Positions 45,752 through 54,848 of a DNA stretch of 64,000 nucleotides are shown here, piece by piece. The number at the start of each line of letters is the position of its first letter. Positions within the stretch are counted from its first letter, which is position 1. Made by a program: the position numbers and the translations under genes. The notes under the pieces are model-generated. The model searched no databases and was not told the origin of the DNA. It saw only the letters and a list, made by a program, of their open reading frames with translations. Source of the DNA: Phoronis australis (Eukaryota; Animalia; Phoronida); the NCBI GenBank assembly GCA_002633005.1, contig NMRA01000542.1, forward strand, positions 227,221 through 291,220. Reading direction: 5' to 3'.

Positions 45752-46634
45752 TCAAAATTGGCTGCCTTGACACAACTTTCCCGCCTTGCATTTGTGGCAG
45801 AGTTCTCTACGATGGGGCTTGTTCTCGTCGCCATGGCGTTTGTCGCACGTGCACTTTCGTTGTCCACAGACGGAGCATACCAAATACTCCACCTTGTATG
45901 GGTTACAGGCGGTTTTGCATTGCTGGCAATCTTGTTTGTAGTACACCTGTAAATTATCAATGGGATATGTTGAAAAAATTGATCACCAAGTCACATGTCA
46001 TTGGATGTGCGTGCGTCGAATATTTAGCGTCATTTCGCTTTTTGCTGAAACATGACAGATTGCATACTGTTCTGGGAGTGCTCCCGTAGAAGACGTGTAT
46101 GGGTCGAGTTGCTCGGTTCAGTTTCCCTTCGAAATGGTGCCTTTTCCGAGAAAAAATCCTACACAATGATTCACTTGGAAACCCTGCAAAAGATTCCCTT
46201 TACGAAACTTGTAGATGTACTCATTCTGACATGCTATTTCGTACTGTCTCTGGCTGTCAAAATAATGCGAGTTGAGCTTCGGTCCACAGTTGCAAAGAAT
46301 TACATGCGATGAGGCGTTGTAAATGTTTAAAATAATTCATGCGTCCAGATACAAGATTGCTGTAATTATGAAGCTAAACTAGAATTAGATTAAATTACAA
46401 ATAGAATCTTGTAACGGCAAGGAATATCTGGAGACCTATTTATGAGAGTAAAAGACCCAAACACGATTTTCGTCTTTAGCCAGGTGAACGCCGAAATGCC
46501 GCTTTAGAGATAAACCCATTTGTAAATAGCATGCTTACATTCATCGTGCCCTTGACGCAGAAAACATACGAACTCTCCCATCTGTTTCCGCAGGTGCATT
46601 TAAAGAACCCATATCTTCGGTCTAACTGCGGCAT
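45752..46634 (-). CDS. Stand-alone ZAR1-type (zf-3CxxC) zinc-finger mini-protein, copy C, intact, 96 aa
   Basis: Exon 1 46634-46539 MPQLDRRYGFFKCTCGNRWESSYVFCVKGTMN|gtaagc (not in the ORF track). Exon 2 45946-45752 tttacag|VYYKQDCQQCKTACNPYKVEYLVCSVCGQRKCTCDKRHGDENKPHRRELCHKCKAGKLCQGSQF*. It aligns motif by motif with the ZAR1 C-terminal domain (YGYYHCxxC.RWESAYVWCVQGTNKVYFKQ.CxxC...NPYRVE...RH.D..RPHRQDLC..CK). Confidence 0.88.
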
Positions 46635-46732
46635 AGTTTCTTACCCTGATGGTGAGGCTAACATGTTTTGTTAATTAGATGAGAGGCAAACTACTGCCTG
46701 GTTCAGTGATGATAGTTACTTAATCAATACAT

Positions 46733-46746
46733 TTCTTGGAAATCCC
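46733..46746. promoter_or_regulatory. Overlapping STAT(GAS)-like and kB-like motifs upstream of ZAR1-like copy C
   Basis: TTCTTGGAA (TTCN3GAA) at 46733-46741 overlaps GGAAATCCC (GGGATTTCC on minus) at 46738-46746, ~100 bp upstream of the ATG. Motif match only. Confidence 0.35.
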
Positions 46747-47187
46747 ATACGCGATTCCATTAGAAATCGGGGGGAGGGGGGTGTCAGGCCTCGTGAGTTT
46801 CAATGCAATTCTGCTGAGGAAAGTCGAAACTCACGATCACAGCTATAGCCAACAGCCATGAGTGGTTTTCAGGACGAATTTGTTACTCGGTACCGAGTTC
46901 GTCAGTTCTGCTATATCGCGAAAAAGAAGACAACAATCAAACAATCTTTACTGTAATTTCACCAAATTGATTCAATTGCTAGGTAGGCCTAACGCAAAAC
47001 ATTATTTGAGAACCAGGCAAACGTACACTCAAAATAAAATTTCATAACAAATACGATATGTAAGCTCTCTTGATTCTATCAAAATCTCGTTCTTGGTGAA
47101 ACCGATTCCAAATGCGACAGACCCAGCAAATTTCTTCGAAAATGAACGTTTTTCTAGAAATCGCGTACAAGTTTACATCTAGAAATT

Positions 47188-47898
47188 TTAGTTTTTTCCC
47201 TTCTGACACGGTTTCCCAGCTTTACATTTATGACACAGGTGACTGAGATGCGGCTTTTTTCGTCACCATGGCGACGCTGGAATGTGCATTTTTCACCACA
47301 CTATAAGCACGTGAGATATATGTTGTGCTGCAGTTCTTGCAGTCTTGTTGATAATAAACCTGAACATTAGTGTCAATCCTCCTGAGCCTGAACATATATC
47401 TACAACAGCCAATCGTAACATAATTTTGTGAGAGCGAATATACTGAGTTGTTCTTTTACAAATCCTCTATGTTGGTCACCGTAAATTCATTTAAATTAAA
47501 AATAACGAAAACCCAAAAACTCGTTAAGTGCATTGCTCAATCCGGATCGTTCGAAAATTTAAACAATGTTTTTACAGAATGTGCGATTAGTTATGTTTGA
47601 AACGTGTGCAGTGCTGTAGTGGGGCGTAGGCGCACGCGTAGGCGCAGCCAACCACCTCTTGACATTTGAACGTAGCGCCTACGCACCGCAAGTTACGTTC
47701 AGTGCTCAAGGTGATGCGGTGGACTCTGGGCGCCTACTTACCTCTAATTTTACCACTACAGCACTGAACGTGAGCCGTGTATTTCACGATTCTTACGTTC
47801 ATTGTATCCTTCACGCACCAAACATAAGAACTTTCCCATCGGTGGCGACAAGAAGTGCACTGATAGTAGCCGTATCGTCGTTCTAATGGAGGAGGCAT
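47188..47898 (-). pseudogene. ZAR1-type zinc-finger mini-gene copy B: intact exon 1, decayed exon 2
   Basis: Exon 1 47898-47797 MPPPLERRYGYYQCTSCRHRWESSYVWCVKDTMN|gtaaga. Exon 2 47359-47188 starts ttcag|VYYQQDCKNCST, then loses the NPYxVE segment with a frameshift. The homologous frame reads YLTCL*CGEKCTFQRRHGDEK and, after a further 1-nt shift in an A run, PHLSHLCHKCKAGKPCQKGKN*. Confidence 0.8.
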
Positions 47899-48010
47899 CT
47901 TAAACAGCTTCACAGACAGTTCTAATTTGCAGTTCAGAAACAGGCCTAATACTATAGGTACTTCCCTGGTGTGTTGTTTGAGAACCTTTGCACGGTCCCT
48001 TTGAATGATC

Positions 48011-48151
48011 CTATATATGATGAGTTTTTGGGAAAACCCAACGACACCGGCAAAACTTCGATCATCAAATAAACGCACTGTATCATAATGATTCACCGAT
48101 AGGAGAACACGATAATCACTGATATGCCTTAAGTACTTTTAGGGGAAACCC
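48011..48151 (-). promoter_or_regulatory. TATA-like box plus two Rel/NF-kB-like sites upstream of ZAR1-like copy B
   Basis: TATATAG on minus at ~48011-48017, GGGAAAACCC at 48030-48039 and GGGGAAACCC at 48142-48151. Motif match only. Confidence 0.4.
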
Positions 48152-49637
48152 AGCGTAGTCATTTAGGTGTGAGTGTAACATAATTTCTAAGAATAGGATT
48201 GCCATCATGACCTTCAATGGCTACCGGTTTTACACTTGATAAATCAGTGATAACATATTAGTTGAAATGGATGAAGCTTGACTGGTCAAATCGTATCTAA
48301 TGTTTGCGACAAGATAGTCCAATTGTTTGAACTTTGCATTGTACTTTATCACCATGGTCTTGGTGATGAACAACTTAATGTGGGTTATCTCAGTGTTTTT
48401 ATTTACGCCGTCGCTATTTTAAAAATGAGCCTATTTTTAGGTTAAAAAACAATGCTTTTGAGACATAAGTAGAACGAGGCACTCGAAAAAAAATCACCGT
48501 TTTGCACTGTGATAAGGCGCGAAATGCATTGCTGAGACTTTGTAATATGGCAGCTGAGCAAATAAGTTGTATATGCCTTTGATGAGTAGCTAATGTCCAG
48601 TCACTAGACGCCCGGCCTAACTAGTTCAGTAGCTGCTCCTACTTAGAGTGTCCGGAACACTGACCCGATATTGAGAATATCATTAGCCAAAATTTAGCGA
48701 AAAGGAGTATTTCAAGTAAGATGTACAAACAATCAGGAAGGACTACATGGGAAATGTGATGTCCCCGCCACATAATCAAAACCTAGAAACAATTAGAATT
48801 TACATCGTAAAAATGAAAAGATGGATGGGGTTGCAGAGAGCAATTTATTAAAAATGTGACAACAAAAACTACTATCGAGTAAGTATCTGACTATCAACAG
48901 AGCTCATCGAGGGTATTATAGCAATATATTGAATTTACTAATATGAAACTCATTTTCTCAGTACTAGCAATTCACTGATGGTGTTGAAGCACAGGCAACT
49001 ACAATTTCACAAATGCTAAATTCTAAAGTTGTGTTCATTTCTGTGCATGTCTTGTAACTTCCTTGTACAGCCCTTATACAATAAAAGTAAGTGACAGCTG
49101 CGTTTCAAGCCTTTTTATGTATCTGTTACGTGTTGCGGATTTAATCGGCAAGACAAAGGCAACACGGATGCACGTACCACTTTCTAATACACGAGTTTAG
49201 GATTGAAGCGTTTTCTTAACTCGCTGAGGGTTTTGGTGTTCTCATAGGAAACGGAGATGACGGCAATATCACAAGAACGATTGTATGATGAGAGTAAAAG
49301 GCCTAATTCTATTTCACTTCACGTCATGCAGCTTTAAGCTTCTGAGAATAAGTCTGACAAGTTGGTGACGGACGAGCCATGAACTGTCATAAGGGAACAC
49401 CGCCTATAGAGGGGTTCAGGCTGAGTACAATGAAACGAATAGAAAGTATAACACGCATAGTTAAGCTCCATGTACAATAATTTCAGCACTTATAATTTCA
49501 AATAAATCAAACTCTTAGTTGCACCAGACACAATAATTAAGTGTAAAAGCAAGCAAATACAGTAAAAAAGTCACTACAAAAATACACTTTAAGGCGTTTA
49601 TGAGATTGCTACAATGCCTTTCATGGACATAAGCCTT

Positions 49638-50286
49638 TCATGGACATGGCTTTCCGGCCTTGCACTTGTGGCAAAGATCTCGGCGATGTTGTTTGCTGTT
49701 ATCAATGTGACGCGGTTTACACTCGGCCCCAGAACATCGCAGAGACTCTACACTGTAAGGGTTGCATGGTGTATCACACTCCCCGCAGTCCTGCTTAAAA
49801 TAAACCTGTAAATTGGTAAATGATAAATGGCTAAAATAATATCGGACCCCAGTATTCTCAAAGCATCCACTACTACAGAATCGACATTGAATGCCCAAGG
49901 CTTGAAATGAACAATGACAAAAACAGGAAAATTTTATATCGTTCCACAAATAAAAAGCTTATGTGACAGATGAACTTTTTGTGTTAAAATTTAGTTGAAC
50001 TTTTGCGCGAATAAAGTAAAAAATGATAGTAAAAAGAGACGAAATAAGAGGAAATCGAACCAAAAAAGGGAATGTACTTAAAAGAGGAAAACTTCAAGCC
50101 ATGAATGCCTGACATGTCTTAAACAGGATTGAGGGCCTGCAACGAGGACCGCACTATGATATAACACCTATGGAAACTCACCTTGTCGGTGCCAGCAACG
50201 CAATGCACGTTGGCACTTTCCCACACGTGGCCACACTCAGTAGGGCAACGGAAATACCCATATTTTCGTTCAAGCTTTGGAGGCAT
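49638..50286 (-). CDS. Stand-alone ZAR1-type (zf-3CxxC) zinc-finger mini-protein, copy A, intact, 90 aa
   Basis: Exon 1 50286-50182 MPPKLERKYGYFRCPTECGHVWESANVHCVAGTDK|gtgagt (in-frame upstream ATG at 50292). Exon 2 49805-49638 tttacag|VYFKQDCGECDTPCNPYSVESLRCSGAECKPRHIDNSKQHRRDLCHKCKAGKPCP*. Phase-0 intron at the same position as in copies B and C. Candidate minus-strand AATAAA at 48844-48849. Confidence 0.88.
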
Positions 50287-50592
50287 TTTCATCAAAAGCA
50301 CAAATGACGCTTCCTTCACCAAGAGGGGGATCAAACACTTGTAGTGTCTGGACTTCAAAACCCAATAGCCGGTGCTCTAACTTGATGGTCGGACCTCAAA
50401 ACGCGATGTACCTCCGCACTAGATGGCTGCACCCGAAAAACTAGTTGGCCGCACCTAAAACGGATTGGCCGGTGTTCAAATACAAGGCAATGGACGAACA
50501 ACCGATTTTGAAGAAAAACAAACGGGTACGAAAAATGAACGCTAGATGTCACTTGACTCCTTCGAGGCTATAGACATCTTACACTAAGATTT

Positions 50593-51547
50593 CAGCCGAT
50601 TTCATTAAGGCGGTTTAACAAAACCAGGTTTAAGACTTAAACCTGGTCTTCCTAAACCTGATCTAATTTAGACCTAACTTGGATTTCACCAACATGGTTT
50701 AAAAGTCTATGAAAGCCTAGTTTTGTTAGACCAGGGATCGAACGGGTTTAGCAAAACCAGGTTTAAAGTATAAGCCACCCTGCTGTGTCGATCTCGATGA
50801 ACCCAAAATTGAACAAAGAAACTATTGAAGTGCTTCGATGAAACTTTGATCACGTCGGTATACAATGGCACACACTAGTAGAACCAGTGCAGACATTTGC
50901 GAAAAAGGTCTAAGCGCTTTTGTCATGACTCGGGATAAATGTAATGTCTGTGCCCACACGCACACATGCTCACGATTAGCCGCTAGTTAGTAAATGTCCA
51001 AATTTATTTCCGTGCCATTTTAGTGTTTATTTTTCGCGGTCAAATGGGGGGGGGGGCAGAAGATGCTTGCTTAAGTCAAATCCGTAGCGCTTACGACGAT
51101 GACGCCCTGCTCGACCAGTCGTATTCTGAGAATTCCGCAGGACACANAACTGCGTTGCAAATGCTCTCCGCGGCATCATCAAGTTGTACCTATACCATGC
51201 AAGTCTGACATATTTAACAGTTAAACCTGGGTCTGACTAAGTCTAAGGTTAAACTGGTCTAAATATAGACCTCGTTGGTGAAATGAAAACTGACTTAGCC
51301 GACCACAGGCGTCCTCAGCTTCTGATCGTCCCCAATACACTACATATTATATGTAGTGTATTGGGGACGATCAGAAGCTGAGGACGCCTGTGACTTAGAC
51401 CAGGTCTAAACTGGAGTTAAACCAGGTTTTACTAGACCACTGGTCTAAAAGTTAAACCACCTTTATGAAATGCAGACTATCTTTAAACCTGGTCTAAGTC
51501 CAATTTAAACCAGGTTTAACTTTAAACCACCTTTATGAAACCGGCTG
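50593..51547. mobile_element. Harbinger-like MITE with arrays of AAACCAGGTTT/AAACCTGGTCT subterminal repeats
   Basis: Termini CAGCCGATTTCATTAAGGCGGTTTAA and TTAAACCACCTTTATGAAACCGGCTG are inverted copies; lies ~300 bp upstream of ZAR1-like copy A. Confidence 0.8.
51304..51392. repeat. Perfect 89-bp palindrome (43 bp arms, 3 nt loop)
   Basis: CACAGGCGTCCTCAGCTTCTGATCGTCCCCAATACACTACATA-TTA-TATGTAGTGTATTGGGGACGATCAGAAGCTGAGGACGCCTGTG. Confidence 0.97.
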
Positions 51548-54500
51548 CAGAAGATTTGCTGGTTAGTTGTTTCGTTAATCCAGGCTCTCCACAAGTCATG
51601 GTATTATCACAGGTTAGTTTCAGTCACCGAAGCAGTACGACTCATTCTAGTTGACCGAATTAGCACAACATTCTAAGAATTTTGTCGTCGAAATTGCAGC
51701 TGCAATTTGAATTTCAATTCAAAGAACGAGAACTCCGACGGCGTTGCTTTGAAACGACTGAAGAAATTTGTCTTTGACACTAGGCTAAGCATGTTCTTGA
51801 CACCAGAACATGTTTTAAAAGGCGATAAAAATCCTAAATATTAAGTCATGAGTTTCCTCAGATATACCCGGCCAGTCGTAATCCGTTCGTTTTGGATTAT
51901 TTCCCCCGACCACACATAGGCGGCGCACCATAGGGAGCTGGGGGGGGGGGGGGGGGNTTTTTCAGTGCTACGCCACAAATGGTATATAGGCGGTGCACCA
52001 TGCACAGGGGGCCTGAGGCGGCTTTAGAACCCCCCACTTTTTTCAGTGCTGCGCCGCCCATGCCACAATGAAACCGATATTAATAAAAGATTGACGGTCT
52101 CAAACCATTCAATGACCCAACAATACATGCTTTTAAAAAACCTCAAAATGAGGAACGTGACCTTTTTTGATCAAAATAACGACGTCTTCAAGTGAAAAAA
52201 TAAAGATTCACGTAAGGTGCAGACAATTTGACCACAAAGGGAGTTGCAGTGGACAGAACTGAGTACCAGGATTATGTTTGCTAAGGGTTTCATTAACCAC
52301 CATCCTCGATAACCTTAATTTTCGTTCGTTATGGGGTGAAACGTTTTTTTAATACGACAGCGATATCAACTACAAAAAAATCAAGAATTGAATAAAGTTC
52401 ATTAAATTAATGAATGCTCGACTTTGGCAGCAATTAATTTAATTGCTGCCAAGGTCGAGTATTCACTGCCGCTAACTTTGATTTATTCCAGTAGACAATT
52501 TTGGCTTGTCCTCATTTGCACTGCCTGGGTCCTTTGCAGTCATACGTTATTAAGGAGTGGCCTTAGGAAACTTACATCCTGCAAGCTATTGGAATAATTT
52601 AACACAAGTATTTACCTTACCTTCAGTTATAATTTGATGTAGCCTAAAACCAAGGTTGCCAATTTTCTTTTTATGACTTTCTCAATACCCCACAACAGCC
52701 CACTTGTAATTTGTCTAGATCTTAATTCTTACAACCCTTAATGCCCTTAGGAAAACCAGGGCTCTTCTCTTAAACACAAGCAAATTGTCTAAATGTAATT
52801 TTATTTCCTATTAACGCAATTTATTCACACTTTTTGGCAAAATCAGCAAAATATACAGCGATGTAATGAGTGCATCCGCGATTTTTATGTACATATAAAC
52901 ATTCACTAACAAAACAAAACTATGCATGCAAACGACTCCCTAACACTTGTGACCACTGTGCCAACATCATGCATGAATTTCCCTGAAGAATGCTTGGATA
53001 TAACCACAAGGCAATATGAAGCCATAAAATAATGCACGACTGCAAGTTTAGACCGCCAATACAATAGCTTGACCTCTAACAGGGATCTTATACTGAGCCA
53101 TGCCAAGATAATGCATCGGGATGTTCACAATAGCCAAATTTTTGGGCAGCGTAAACCCTACTGTATTGGCAACACAGAAGCTTAATGGAGGTGCATTATA
53201 GTACAAAAAAGCAAAATAAAATACAACCTATTTAGTTCAATAGTACAGCTCCTTTCACTGACTCACCCCTGTAAAGACAGCCTACTGCCACTCTCCAATG
53301 TTCAGTTATACGGCAAATCAGAAATCTTGTCTACTTTGCCATCGCACGACTTCTAGCAACATTTCAGTCATATGAGCCATTAACAACAAGGTCAGACAAC
53401 ACATTACTGTAGCCCTAGTACAGACACAGAAACCCTGCTTTTCACAAATTCAAAGTTACATAAACACCCTTATTAAACCTTTCAAAAGCAACAGATAGAA
53501 CAGAAAAAAGAAAACTTGGGTTTCCTTCCAGCCATCTCGTCTGTTCTCGTTCATACCCAGGTTTCCTGTCAGGTAGGCGACCTGCATCATTGGGGCACTA
53601 ATATATGCGGTGACACGTTATGATGACTTTGCTGACCGTAACGTAACATAAATTGAATGATTTCAAGCTCTATAGGAAAATTACCAGATAACAATACACT
53701 CTGAAATGAACCCTGACACTGTATGAAAAATGAAACCAAAACAGTCAACTTTTTCTTCACAAAAGAAAATCATGAATTTTGTCCTTTGCCACATCTAATG
53801 AGGCAATGATATCCAAAAATTCCGTAAACTACACACCAAACACTATTCCAAGTACTTTTAACAGTCAACGTTCCAAGTACTTTAACAGTCAATGTTCATT
53901 TCCATGGCCTCTTGCGAGGTACTAAATTTTCAGTAACAAAAGTAAACCAAAACAAGCTTACAGAAAGTGTAAAGAGATCGTAATACATTTTTAAAAAATG
54001 AGCTAACCATTCTTTATAACAACAATAGCTGGAATCAATACGTACAAGGGAGGCTCATACCATAACACCGCAGTATTAACAGTATCTAGTGATCACATGA
54101 ATCGGCCCAAAACAAAAGCTCTCGAATAAAAGACACTTGCATAATTTGCATGAATTAGCCCAGAGTATAAGAGAACGAGAATTAGTAAACAAGAACTGAA
54201 GCTAAACTTTGCATTACAGTTTGAGCACAAAATTCAACAGAGAACTAAAAATTCACTACTTGTTGCAAGTGAAGCACAGAACCTTCTCATAGAAACACCT
54301 GCATTCAGGTAAATCACGTGAACGTTGGTATGCTGATGGACTGCTTTCTGCACTCAATCTATTCAGATGACAAGAAGAGTGAGCTATATTCATTACCACA
54401 ACCAAGTGAATATCAAATTGCCCATTCAACAGTAGCAACAAACCCCAGATTTTGCTCACTCATTATGATCTGATATCACACGTTACAGTGATACTTCACC

Positions 54501-54848
54501 GCCGGACGTGCAGCACTAGCTATCCACATATTTCTTTACACTAACAATCTACTTAACTTTTTAATGAACAACAATTATACAAAGCCGCAAAACGTCAAAA
54601 TCCAATGTATTCAAAGTCAACAATACAACTGCTTTAAGGACACTCCAAGTAACTGCCAGACTGACAAGCAGTGCCTAAATCTGACCAACGATCATATGCG
54701 TCCAATTTCATTTATCGTCTCTCGTAGGAATCACTGTTAATTAAATTGAGATAGCACTGCTGCCAATAAAGTTGGGAAGTTCACTTGATTATTACTTCAG
54801 TGTCTCAGCAGCCCCTGGTGGACGTAGTTCTGTGACTGTTTTAAGTCA

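Noticed and set aside
45960-46320. Short open frames in the intron of ZAR1-like copy C
   Set aside because: No recognisable homology and no convincing phase-compatible splice pair.
48200-49600. Possible fourth ZAR1-like copy
   Set aside because: No WES, NPY or CHKCK motifs found by eye on either strand; more likely the 3' UTR of copy A plus intergenic DNA.
45752-50286. Assigning the symbol ZAR1 to the mini-genes
   Set aside because: Only the zinc-binding domain is shared; orthology to vertebrate ZAR1/ZAR1L cannot be established without a phylogeny.
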